Positions 8,297 to 17,495 of a stretch of DNA of 64,000 nucleotides are shown piece after piece (positions within the stretch are counted from its first letter, which is position 1; each line of letters starts with the position of its first letter). The DNA is from SAR324 cluster bacterium (lineage in GTDB: Bacteria > SAR324 > NAC60-12). Position numbers and translations under genes: made by a program. The notes beneath the pieces were generated by a model. The model was not told where the DNA came from and ran no database searches. It saw nothing but the letters and a program-made list of their open reading frames with translations. The DNA lies in the NCBI GenBank assembly GCA_028281495.1, contig JANQJU010000095.1, positions 25,206 through 89,205 of the forward strand, written 5' to 3'.

Positions 8297-9934
8297 ATGA
8301 AGAATGGTTCATCTGAGGGAGGGGTTATGTCTTGGAAACAACGATTGCTATCGTGGTGTTTGGTTTTGTTGGCCGTGTTGAACATAGCGGGAACCTGCGA
8401 CACAGAAAAAACGTATTCGTCGACCAAGTTGACGATTGTCAGTGGCTCGGAAAACAAAATGCTGGAAGATCTGATTCAAGAGTTTGCTGAGCGCAAACGA
8501 ACGACGATTCAGGTGGAATACCAAGGCAGTGTGGATATTTCCAACCTGATACGACAAGGCACTGCCAATCCCTATGATGCGGTGTGGCCTGCCAATAGCA
8601 TCTGGATCAACTTGGGAGATACCCAAGGAGTGATTAAGCATACAGAAAGTATCTTGCGTTCTCCGGTAGTGTTTGGAGTCCGACAAAGTAAAGCTCAAGA
8701 GTTGGGATGGAATCAAAACCCAGTGACCGTTGCCGACATCTTGACCGCTGCTGAATCGGGTCAATTGAAATTTGCGATGACCAGCGCAACCCAATCCAAT
8801 TCAGGAGCCAGTGCCTACCTGGGTTTTCTTTCGGCATTTGCCGAAAGTCCCGATGTTTTGTTGGAAACCCACCTTCAGCAGTCGGCGGTTGTTGACCGTG
8901 TAAAACGGCTATTAAAAACCATCGATCGGTCCTCGGGGAGTTCCGGTTGGTTGAAGGATCTGATGTTGGAATCGCGAGAAGGACAGTATGATGCAATGGT
9001 GAATTATGAGGCGATGGTGATTGAATACAATCAACATCTTGGCAATCGTGAACCATTGTGTGCGGTTTATCCGGTGGATGGGTTGGTTGTAGCAGACAGC
9101 CCGTTGGGTTATGTGAATAAAGGGGATGTCGAGAAAGAACAGCTATTTCAAGAATTGAAAGCGTATCTCTTATCAGACGCAGTCCAGAACGAATTGATTA
9201 AGCGAGGGCGTCGTGCCGGCGGGTTATTTGGGTTTGACTCCAGTAAAACCAGTGCGGATGTCTTCAATCCCGGCTGGTGTATTGATGTAGACCGCACACT
9301 CACCTCGGTGCGTGTGCCTTCACAATCGGTGATTGAGGAAGCCTTGTTATTATACCAAGAGCGATTGCGAAAGCCTTCCTTTACTGCGTATGTGTTGGAT
9401 TATTCAGGAAGCATGGCCGATGCTGGCGAAGCCGATATGAAAGCGGCAATGGCGTTATTGCTGGATCAAACCCAAGCGCAAGAACATTTGTTACAACCTA
9501 CGCCACGAGATATTCATCTCGTAATCCCCTTCAACGGAGCACCTATTGGCATTTGGCAGGTGCAAGGTAACGATCCCCAGGAGTTGAAAGCCTTGTTGAC
9601 CAAAATCCAACAGCTTCCGGCAAACGGCGGGACCGATATTTATTCTCCAACGGGCTTAGCCCTCGAACTCATTGCCACGGCCGATGTGAATCTTCAGGAT
9701 TATTTTCCGGCAGTGATTTTAATGACTGATGGAAAATCCGAGATGGAGATGAATGATTTATTTAATCAACATCCATCGTATCAACCCCACCAAGATATTC
9801 CGGTTTTTGGCATTGCATTTGGTAATGCCCATGACAGCCAATTGCGAGAAATTACTAACTTTGCCCGAGGGCGTTTATTTGATGGAAAACGCAACTTGGT
9901 TCATGCCTTCAAACAAGCCAAAGGCTACAATTGA
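8297..9934 (+). CDS. Secreted periplasmic-binding-protein-like domain fused to a von Willebrand factor A (vWA) domain
   Basis: N-terminal signal/TM segment (a start at 8327, MSWKQRLLSWCLVLLAVL, after GAGGGAGG is likelier). The C-terminal half has the MIDAS motif YVLDYSGSM, GGTDIYSPTGLAL and AVILMTDGKSE. Confidence 0.7.
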   Translation: MKNGSSEGGVMSWKQRLLSWCLVLLAVLNIAGTCDTEKTYSSTKLTIVSGSENKMLEDLIQEFAERKRTTIQVEYQGSVDISNLIRQGTANPYDAVWPANSIWINLGDTQGVIKHTESILRSPVVFGVRQSKAQELGWNQNPVTVADILTAAESGQLKFAMTSATQSNSGASAYLGFLSAFAESPDVLLETHLQQSAVVDRVKRLLKTIDRSSGSSGWLKDLMLESREGQYDAMVNYEAMVIEYNQHLGNREPLCAVYPVDGLVVADSPLGYVNKGDVEKEQLFQELKAYLLSDAVQNELIKRGRRAGGLFGFDSSKTSADVFNPGWCIDVDRTLTSVRVPSQSVIEEALLLYQERLRKPSFTAYVLDYSGSMADAGEADMKAAMALLLDQTQAQEHLLQPTPRDIHLVIPFNGAPIGIWQVQGNDPQELKALLTKIQQLPANGGTDIYSPTGLALELIATADVNLQDYFPAVILMTDGKSEMEMNDLFNQHPSYQPHQDIPVFGIAFGNAHDSQLREITNFARGRLFDGKRNLVHAFKQAKGYN

Positions 9935-9971
9935 AGCATCGTATTACACGGAACTATGAAGGAGACGGATC

Positions 9972-10610
9972 GTGTTTGCATTACGCTGGTTGCCACGGGA
10001 GTTGTTATCGGGGGGGCTATCATTAGGTGTCTATCTGGGTATGGAATGGGGGTTAACTTTAGTGTGGTGGGTGGATGTAACGGCCGCTTTATTGACTTAC
10101 GGAGCCTTGCATCTCGTGATTGCTCGAAAAAAGGAAGCTGATGAAATTCAGGCCCGGGGGCTTTCCCTCACCCAAGCTGAACTGCATGCTAAGGTGAACA
10201 ACGGGCTGGACATGGCCCGACAATTTGCAGCATTGGCCAAAACGATTCCGCAGTCGCCTATGGCTCCTGTGCTACAGGACATCAGTCAAGTGGTGGAACA
10301 GATCTTTAACCATTTCTTAGACGATCCAAGCGACTATCGAAAAGTCTTTGCCTTTGTGGATAACGACATCTCTTTAGGTTTAAAACTTGCCGAGTTCTAC
10401 ACGAAATACAGTCAAACTCCGGGATTAGGATCCGAAGAACAGCAGATGTTACAGGATAAAGAGAAAGTGATTCACAAATTTTTAGAAGGATGCCAGCAAT
10501 GCTATCGCAAATGTTTGGAAGATGATTTTCAAGAGTTTGACCTCCATGCCGACTATCTTCATAAATTGTTGGACTCTGAATCATTCACCATCACGACCGG
10601 AAAATATTAA
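9972..10610 (+). CDS. XpaC-like (5-bromo-4-chloroindolyl phosphate hydrolysis protein family) membrane protein
   Basis: GTG start after AAGGAGA. Two N-terminal TM helices plus a helical domain, ~210 aa, encoded in the same operon upstream of a TelA-like gene (one PBP-like gene lies between them), recalling the xpaC-yaaN pairing known in Bacillus subtilis. Confidence 0.45.
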   Translation: MFALRWLPRELLSGGLSLGVYLGMEWGLTLVWWVDVTAALLTYGALHLVIARKKEADEIQARGLSLTQAELHAKVNNGLDMARQFAALAKTIPQSPMAPVLQDISQVVEQIFNHFLDDPSDYRKVFAFVDNDISLGLKLAEFYTKYSQTPGLGSEEQQMLQDKEKVIHKFLEGCQQCYRKCLEDDFQEFDLHADYLHKLLDSESFTITTGKY

Positions 10611-10619
10611 GGAGGCTGT

Positions 10620-11714
10620 GTGAAAAAATACCGTACCCTGGCAGGACTCGTCATTTTGATTGTGGGAATTGGTATCGTTGCTTTGTTGCAGCTACTCGAT
10701 AACGATGTCTTCCAAGAAGTCCGTGCCCCCGATGCGATCACTGTGAAAGGCTATTATGGAGGGGAAAAAAGGGCATTTTTGCACAACGAAGCGGTTCTGG
10801 ATTTACTGAAGCAGCAATATGGCATCACCTTAGACCTCACCCGTCGAGGGAGTGTAGCTATGGTCACAACCGAATCCTTGGCGGGCTTTGATTTTGTGTG
10901 GCCTTCCAATCAGGTCACTGTGCAGTTGTTCGAGCAAACCCATCCGACGGTTACCTTTAAATCTCAAATCGTGTTCAATTCCCCGTTGGTGATTTACACA
11001 TGGGGGGAAATTGCGGAGGCTTTGGAACAACGCGGTGTGGTGGAAAAGCGAGGTGAGCATTATTACATCTTTCGCGCTAAAGAACTGATGGAATTGGTGT
11101 TGCAGAAAACCAAGTGGTCAGAGTTTGGCCTGAACCGTTGGGGAAGTATTGCTTTAGTGACCACCGATCCCCGTAAATCCAACTCAGGCAATATGGGGGC
11201 AGGCCTGATTGCCAATTTGCTGCAGGGCGAAGTGGTGTCCTTAGACACCCTACCTCAAGTGGAATCACAACTGGTGGACTACTATAAATCATTGGGATTG
11301 ATGGAAGCGTCGTCAGGCACATTGTTTGACAAATTTATCAAATCCAATGGATCGGTAGGCATGATTTTGGGATATGAAAACCAAATGATTGAATTTTCCA
11401 TTGAGCACCAAGAGGCCTTAGAATTGATTCAGCAGCGGGTTCGTGTGCTGTATCCCGAACCCACGATCATGACCAGCCATCCGTTAATCTCTCTGAATGA
11501 AAAGGGGCAACGCTTGCAACAAGCACTCGAAGATCCTCAAATCCAAGAACATGCTTGGCGAGATCATGGGTTCCGTACCGGGATCAGCGGTATCCAAAAC
11601 AATCCTAATGACTTGAAAGGGTTGAAGGTTCCTGAATTCATCACCAACGCCATGCCCATGCCCAGTGCACGGGTCATGAGTCGGATTATCGAGACTTTGA
11701 ATCAGAACCTCTAA
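10620..11714 (+). CDS. Membrane-anchored periplasmic-binding-protein-like protein, paralogous to the N-domain of the 8297 gene
   Basis: GTG start after AAGGAGG and an N-terminal TM helix. ITVKGYYGGEKRAF...FDFVWPSNQV parallels LTIVSGSENKML...YDAVWPANSI in the vWA protein. Confidence 0.55.
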   Translation: MKKYRTLAGLVILIVGIGIVALLQLLDNDVFQEVRAPDAITVKGYYGGEKRAFLHNEAVLDLLKQQYGITLDLTRRGSVAMVTTESLAGFDFVWPSNQVTVQLFEQTHPTVTFKSQIVFNSPLVIYTWGEIAEALEQRGVVEKRGEHYYIFRAKELMELVLQKTKWSEFGLNRWGSIALVTTDPRKSNSGNMGAGLIANLLQGEVVSLDTLPQVESQLVDYYKSLGLMEASSGTLFDKFIKSNGSVGMILGYENQMIEFSIEHQEALELIQQRVRVLYPEPTIMTSHPLISLNEKGQRLQQALEDPQIQEHAWRDHGFRTGISGIQNNPNDLKGLKVPEFITNAMPMPSARVMSRIIETLNQNL

Positions 11715-11746
11715 ATTTTCTCCACTTCCTTTGTTAAGAGGTTGTT

Positions 11747-12898
11747 ATGAGCACAGAAACTTCTTCGACCAGCACGGATCTGACCTTTCCCGGATTACAA
11801 AGCAAACAAGAATTGATTGCCACCGACTCGTTCACTCCAGAAACCTGGAAACGGGTGGAACAAGAAGTGGACAACATTCCGTTTGTGGTGGGAGGTCGTT
11901 TGGCGCTCAACACGACGATCCCACTAACCTTTGGGGCCAAACCTCAGGAGGCGTTGGGGCAGTTTTTGGAAACACTGATTGGCGATATGAAAGCCAAGGA
12001 TGCAGGCATTGCGGGTGATTTGGCTATTGAGTTAGCCCGTGGCATCGAAATGATGAACTTGCATCAAGTGAAAGAAGAACTCACGCAACCACAAAGCATG
12101 TTAGGTAAATTGTGGAAGTCGTTGACCTTTGCTTCCTCGGCCATTGAGGGTTTTTGGGCGCAACATCAAGAGGTGCTTAAGTTGATTGATGCGATCAAGC
12201 AAAAGACGGAAACCCGAAAACGAGCCTTATTGTTCGATTTGGAAAAACTCGACAAACTTTTGGCTCAGTATCAGGTGCATGCGGATGAAGTGCGGCTCTA
12301 TATTGCGGTAGGGGATCGTGTGTTGGAAAAAGCGGAATCCGAGTTTCAAAGCTTGTCAACCAAAACACAAAACGATCCCGAACGCGTGGCAGCTTTGAAG
12401 GATTTCCGTGATTGGATCACCAGTTTTGATGTGCGATTGTTGAATCTGAAAGTTGCTTTCACACAGTCAGTGACAACAGCACCAACGAAAGTCCGTTTGA
12501 TTCAAGAGTCTCAAAAGGTGGAAATTCAGAACATCATTGAATCGATCTTGTTCGATTTACCCAAATTGATGGATGCAATCATCCAAATGGGCAGCTTGTC
12601 CAACATCAAAGAGGCGCAAGCAGAAGACGATGCACGAAGGAAAGTGACGGAACAGTTGGATTCCTTGAGTGCGGAAGCCATACAGCAGGCCTACTTACAA
12701 TCCAAATCGAGTCAAGGTCGCGCATTAGAAACGGTGGAACGGTTGAACACTGTGGCCGAGCATCTGGTCCAAACCTTGGAACAAGGCAAAGCGTTAGAAG
12801 CCCAAAATGAGGAAAAACGCCAGCAAGCCGAAGCGGGGTTGATGGAGATTCAACACAAAGTAGCGCAAGCCTTAGAAGACGCCTCGCGTCCGGCATAA
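11747..12898 (+). CDS. TelA/YaaN-like toxic anion resistance family protein
   Basis: 383 aa and all-helical, which fits TelA family size. Operon context with the XpaC-like gene supports the call. I cannot verify a family-specific motif by eye. Confidence 0.5.
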   Translation: MSTETSSTSTDLTFPGLQSKQELIATDSFTPETWKRVEQEVDNIPFVVGGRLALNTTIPLTFGAKPQEALGQFLETLIGDMKAKDAGIAGDLAIELARGIEMMNLHQVKEELTQPQSMLGKLWKSLTFASSAIEGFWAQHQEVLKLIDAIKQKTETRKRALLFDLEKLDKLLAQYQVHADEVRLYIAVGDRVLEKAESEFQSLSTKTQNDPERVAALKDFRDWITSFDVRLLNLKVAFTQSVTTAPTKVRLIQESQKVEIQNIIESILFDLPKLMDAIIQMGSLSNIKEAQAEDDARRKVTEQLDSLSAEAIQQAYLQSKSSQGRALETVERLNTVAEHLVQTLEQGKALEAQNEEKRQQAEAGLMEIQHKVAQALEDASRPA

Positions 12899-13033
12899 CC
12901 CACACGAGTCCAGCCGATCTCAGTTCAAGAGAACTTAACTGAATTTTCGAGGTTTGAAAGAAGTCCACCAATATGGCAAAGGCCAACAATGTTTAGGGGA
13001 CACCCCCCAGCAAGCGCTAATATTTTTATCGAA

Positions 13034-13537
13034 TCATAGTAATTCAACTAAGCTTTTACGAACTGCTGCGATTGTCATGAAGAGTTTATTAGGCGTATCG
13101 TTAAACGGGGTGAATCCAAACTTTTTATAGAAGGCGATGGCTCCTTCTTTGGCATCAACGATAACCAAGGGGAATGCTACGGTTTCACTGGCTAACAATA
13201 ACTTTCTGAGAGCATCAATTAAAAGCCACTCTCCATACCCCTGGTGCTTGTAACGTTGATCGATAGCTAGTCGAGCAATCAGTCCTCCTGAACTAGCACT
13301 TTGATGTTTTTTCCGCAATTTTAAGGGTAAAGCCGTTAGGTCAATAGGTGTCATTGTGAGAGTGTAAAATCCAATAATACGTTCTGGGAATTTTTCGTCT
13401 TCCAGCACAAAAGTACGAGTATTATCTTTTTTTGCTTGTTGACTAGCCATCACTCTCAAATAATTATTTAGAGCATAAACTCCACAGTCGAAGTAGTTTC
13501 GATCATGCTTATTTTTATCCAATAGAACTGTAATCAT
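13034..13537 (-). CDS. GNAT-family acetyltransferase toxin (TacT/KacT-like)
   Basis: 167 aa. The N-terminal KHDRNYFDCGVYALNNYL matches H-D-x-x-x-F-x-C-G..LN.YL of DUF1778-associated GNAT toxins. The acetyl-CoA loop is RYKHQGYGEWLL. It overlaps the upstream antitoxin gene by 4 nt. Confidence 0.85.
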   Translation of the reverse strand: MITVLLDKNKHDRNYFDCGVYALNNYLRVMASQQAKKDNTRTFVLEDEKFPERIIGFYTLTMTPIDLTALPLKLRKKHQSASSGGLIARLAIDQRYKHQGYGEWLLIDALRKLLLASETVAFPLVIVDAKEGAIAFYKKFGFTPFNDTPNKLFMTIAAVRKSLVELL

Positions 13538-13821
13538 GACTGAACTTTCCCTTTATAACGTTGGGCAGCTTGTTGTAACCGATTATTGGGGTGGACTTGG
13601 TCATCTAATGCTTCAACAAGCATTAAAGCATCGCGTTGCGAGAGTTTAAGGGTACGCTCACGCTCTATAATACTTTTCGCTTTTTCTATTGCTGCACTGA
13701 GCACAAACGAATTAATGCTAGATACTCCAGACAGTGCTGCAGCTTGAGATAATAATTCTTGAGTATCAGTATCTACTCTAGCGGTGATACGAGGACTAGT
13801 AGACGTCATAATAATCTCCAA
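13534..13821 (-). CDS. DUF1778 (TacA/KacA-like) ribbon-helix-helix antitoxin
   Basis: RITARVDTDTQELLSQAAALSGVSSINSFVLSAAIEKAKSIIERE is the canonical DUF1778 pattern, translationally coupled to the GNAT toxin. Confidence 0.85.
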   Translation of the reverse strand: MEIIMTSTSPRITARVDTDTQELLSQAAALSGVSSINSFVLSAAIEKAKSIIERERTLKLSQRDALMLVEALDDQVHPNNRLQQAAQRYKGKVQS

Positions 13822-13922
13822 TGTAGGTGTTATTTTGTTACATTACTTAGAGTATAGTAACATTAGGTTTTAATGCCAAGATGTGCCACTTTGACACATT
13901 TATGGCGAATCAGTCAATCCAC

Positions 13923-14192
13923 CTAGCTTGTTTTGAGATTTATTCGTCGGGGCTGTGCGGGAGGTGATTGGTGACTCAAAATCAAAGTTTGTTGCGTATT
14001 GATAGGCAGGACATGAACCCCCTTGAACGAATAGAAAACCCATCGAGCCGTAGGCCGCTTCGTGGGCTTGCTTTTCTGGTCAGGGAAAGTTGCTTGATGG
14101 TGTTCCAACTGCGTTCGAATTCGATTCTCCAAAGCCGCGTAGACCAGTAAACACAGATCATAATCATCATTAAGTTGGAACCTATTATTCAA
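13923..14192 (-). mobile_element. IS4/IS1634-family transposase C-terminal fragment
   Basis: KPTKRPTARWVFYSFKGVHVL resembles the conserved G-K-P-T-x-R-P-T-x-R-W-(I/V)-F block of IS1634-type transposases. The 89-aa remnant has no catalytic region. Confidence 0.45.
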
Positions 14193-14258
14193 AAACTTAC
14201 AATTTGGACTGAGGAAAAGCGGATAACAGATGGATTGGGGGAAAGGAGTGTAATCGAA

Positions 14259-17200
14259 TTATCCATGGTTGGGCGGGATATTGAGATCAGGAATCTTTAA
14301 AGCATTGCCTATGAAGACCACATTAAACGTAGTAATTTCTATTTTATATCGCTCCATCAATTCTTTACTCCTTGGATGCAATCGAATTTTCCAAGTGGCA
14401 TATAGGGGCGGCCAATTGGTATCGGCCCGAAAGCTATCTTTTCCCGATTGTCGCTTTGACCGTGTGATTTCCCCATTGATAACCTTCACTTCAGACAAAT
14501 ACCGCGTCGAATCTGTACTCTGAAAGTATCGTAGCTTGGTTGGAATTTGATCTGAAATTGGGTCAATGGAATTCTCATCATTTGGATTCACGATCACTTT
14601 ATCCGCAACCAAATTTTGGCAATGGGTTTCTATATCAATCTCCAATTTTTTATCTGACAGAGATTTACTATTGCTTAGCTCCAAATCAATATCCACATGC
14701 TCAACTCGAAAGAAATATAACTTTCTGGTCTCTTCAAAAAATGAAGTATCTGACATTAAATCCAACTCAACAGTTTCTTGATTATTCAGTTGGTCTATTA
14801 GAGCTTGTTTTTCAATAGAGTAGATGACTTTTTCGCCCTTTATCATGCTTTTGGTCATTGGATAGTTTCTGTTGATGATTTTACTTGTCGTCAGATCTGA
14901 CAATTGGTTCTTAAGTTCAAAGGCCTTTTTTTGAATATCAATGAGTGCAATATCCAGTTCAGATTTGCGCAAGAATCGATAGAAAGAGGCGTTCTCGTAA
15001 TCAAGAATCAGTTGAGTAAGCTCCCGATACAAATCAATTTTTGATGTTAAAGTCATTAAGCCCAGTGCCTCGACCTGGGCCTGTTCGGCTTTACTTTCGT
15101 CCTCGAATTCCTTGGCAAGCTCCTTTTGCTGGCGGAGATTTTCACATTTCAACAATTCCACTTGGAGTTTGATTTCCAAATCAAAACGCTTCTCCATCAA
15201 ATTAAAGCCACCTTCGGCCTCGAAACTCATCTGTTCATAGGCTCGCAAAAAGTTTCTTGCACTTTCCTCATTGTAGATATTGTGGATACGGTCTCTTATT
15301 TCGGCATGATTTGTTTTCAATCTCACCAACCAAGCTTTTGCTTCACTCAATTGTTTGATGGGGTCCGGTTCCAGTTCAAGGTCATTTCGTAAACCTGAAT
15401 TTGCGAACAGACTGGAATCGGTTTGATCCAAATCTATGGAAATATTGTGTGCTGCGGACTTCAATTCATCCAAAAGGGGCAAGTATTGGTTTTTATAGTT
15501 TGCTAGCGCGATGAATGCGTTGGCCAATTTTTGCCCGTCGATAGTGCCTTGATGAAAGTCTTGCAAATTTCGTTTAAGCCACATTCTAGACCTATTTTTT
15601 TTCCAACCCTTGTAAAATGATTCCTTCAATTTTTTGCCATAAGGATTGTCCTTGAATGATTTTTCAATATCATCTTTAAGTGTTTCAATTTCTTGGGGCC
15701 ATTTATCGTTTATGTTTTCATTCAATAGATTGAGTTGCTTTATTTCCTTATCGAGTCTCTGTCTATCTTGTGCTTGGTTCTCTCCAGAAGCATTGTCCAT
15801 TTCCTCCTTTTTTTGACGAATGGTGTTTTCGATCTCGGGATATTTTTGTTGGTTAGCTGCGATCCAATCTTCCAACTGTTGTTTTCTTTCTGCGTTTTTA
15901 CCTAGGTTATCAGAATACATTTTGTTGAAGCCTTGGCTGTATTCGTCCCCTTTTTTTGAAATGATTGTTGATGAAATTTTTTCAAATGATTCAACGATGC
16001 TTTTTGTATCCTCATCTTGTATTAGAGCTTTAATACCAACTCCAACGCCACCCACAACAGCCCCCAAAAATAGAGGTGCCGTTGCTCCACCCGTCGCAAT
16101 GGTGACCACTAGGCTTCCCAACATACCAGCAACAGACTCAATGGCATTGAATATCAATTCTTGCCTTCGCTTTTTTTCGAGAGCATCCAATTGGATTTCA
16201 AGTACGTGAAGCAAATACGGTGTGGAATCTCCCAAGTCTTGGATAGCTAGAGACACTTTTTTGATTTCTCTGTCAGTTTGACCAATTGTCTTCTTATAAA
16301 GTTCAATAGTTTCTTGAGAACTATTCCTGGTATTCACTTGAATCAGGTGATGATACTCAGCATTTTTTTTGAACGATTTTAAGAGGGTTGTTAAATTATC
16401 GAGGTTTGTTTCTTTTGATTCCAAAATTTGGATATTTTCGGAAACAAAAATTAGCTTTTTGTAATACTCATCTACATAATACTCTGGAATAGGGTATGGA
16501 TTATCTCTATCTCCGGTGGCTAAAAACTTTTTAACAATGCCGTCCAGGAAGTTCTTCACTAGTATTTTTTGAGAGTTCAAATTTTCGTTTTCAAATTTAC
16601 ATGAACTCAACCAATTGACAATAGATTGTGCTTCTAAATAGTATTTTGACAGTAACAATTCATTGATTAAATCCGATTGAGCGATCACAAATCGTTCTAA
16701 ATTTGGATGTTTCCGCCAAAGCTTTTGGTCTGTTCCAAAGTAGTGAGGGTACAAAAAAAGGGGTTTTTTCAGTGAATAATCTCTAGAAGCGAGTCGTTGT
16801 TCTTCACTAAAATTTCTTGCTGCGTTGATTGTTTGCGTTGAATTTTTTTCAACTTTGTGAAGACTACCTTCACCACTGTACCAAACCTTGAATGAGTAGA
16901 TTGGAGCGCTTTTATTGGATTTAGATAATTGAATATAAGAGTGATCCTTGGTTTCTACTTTGCTTAGTTGGGTAAGTTTAGAGTCAGCATCTATTTTGCT
17001 ATTTGAATGATATATATTCTGATAAGTTATTTGTAACCCGCTATATTCATCCAAACAGAATAGTTGATTAGGATCTTCATCATCAGGAATTACAAAAATT
17101 TGTCGCGCAACAATAGTTAAGCTCGTGCTGACTAAGTTCCGTAGCCATGTGTTCTTGGAGCTTTTGTCTATCAATAGAGTGTCACAGATAATAAACACAT

Positions 17201-17495
17201 TGAGTAAACAGGGTATGTCAGTTCGATCAATTGGATCTCTTTGTTGGTCTGTATGAGTATTTTTTTTTAGTTGGTACTGATTGTATAGCTTATTCAGGAT
17301 ATCTTGTTGCTTTGCAAAACTAAAAATCCATTGCTGAGCTACAAATGTTGTTGCCGTACAATACTCTTGATCAATTTGTCTTGTATGATCGTCATTGCCA
17401 GTTACTTCTTCTGGAATAAAACCATGTCTGTCTAACCAGAATTGATAGTCATCTAGAGTATCGAATTGAAGTGGATCAAGAATTTTTGTTTGCAT
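14259..17495 (-). CDS. Orphan 1078-aa protein with central glycine-zipper membrane segment and long coiled coils
   Basis: AT-rich ORF overlapping the upstream 421-aa ORF by 20 nt. AGMLGSLVVTIATGGATAPLFLGAVVGGVGVGIKAL is a Gly/Ala-zipper hydrophobic hairpin flanked by Lys/Glu/Gln-rich heptad-like segments. I recognise no catalytic motif. Confidence 0.6.
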   Translation of the reverse strand: MQTKILDPLQFDTLDDYQFWLDRHGFIPEEVTGNDDHTRQIDQEYCTATTFVAQQWIFSFAKQQDILNKLYNQYQLKKNTHTDQQRDPIDRTDIPCLLNVFIICDTLLIDKSSKNTWLRNLVSTSLTIVARQIFVIPDDEDPNQLFCLDEYSGLQITYQNIYHSNSKIDADSKLTQLSKVETKDHSYIQLSKSNKSAPIYSFKVWYSGEGSLHKVEKNSTQTINAARNFSEEQRLASRDYSLKKPLFLYPHYFGTDQKLWRKHPNLERFVIAQSDLINELLLSKYYLEAQSIVNWLSSCKFENENLNSQKILVKNFLDGIVKKFLATGDRDNPYPIPEYYVDEYYKKLIFVSENIQILESKETNLDNLTTLLKSFKKNAEYHHLIQVNTRNSSQETIELYKKTIGQTDREIKKVSLAIQDLGDSTPYLLHVLEIQLDALEKKRRQELIFNAIESVAGMLGSLVVTIATGGATAPLFLGAVVGGVGVGIKALIQDEDTKSIVESFEKISSTIISKKGDEYSQGFNKMYSDNLGKNAERKQQLEDWIAANQQKYPEIENTIRQKKEEMDNASGENQAQDRQRLDKEIKQLNLLNENINDKWPQEIETLKDDIEKSFKDNPYGKKLKESFYKGWKKNRSRMWLKRNLQDFHQGTIDGQKLANAFIALANYKNQYLPLLDELKSAAHNISIDLDQTDSSLFANSGLRNDLELEPDPIKQLSEAKAWLVRLKTNHAEIRDRIHNIYNEESARNFLRAYEQMSFEAEGGFNLMEKRFDLEIKLQVELLKCENLRQQKELAKEFEDESKAEQAQVEALGLMTLTSKIDLYRELTQLILDYENASFYRFLRKSELDIALIDIQKKAFELKNQLSDLTTSKIINRNYPMTKSMIKGEKVIYSIEKQALIDQLNNQETVELDLMSDTSFFEETRKLYFFRVEHVDIDLELSNSKSLSDKKLEIDIETHCQNLVADKVIVNPNDENSIDPISDQIPTKLRYFQSTDSTRYLSEVKVINGEITRSKRQSGKDSFRADTNWPPLYATWKIRLHPRSKELMERYKIEITTFNVVFIGNALKIPDLNIPPNHG

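Noticed and set aside
9956-10141. Alternative-frame ORFs at gene starts (9956..10141 +, 11731..12018 +, 9753..9959 +).
   Set aside because: These overlap better-supported frames that have RBSs, TM helices and family-like sequence. Their translations are compositionally odd.
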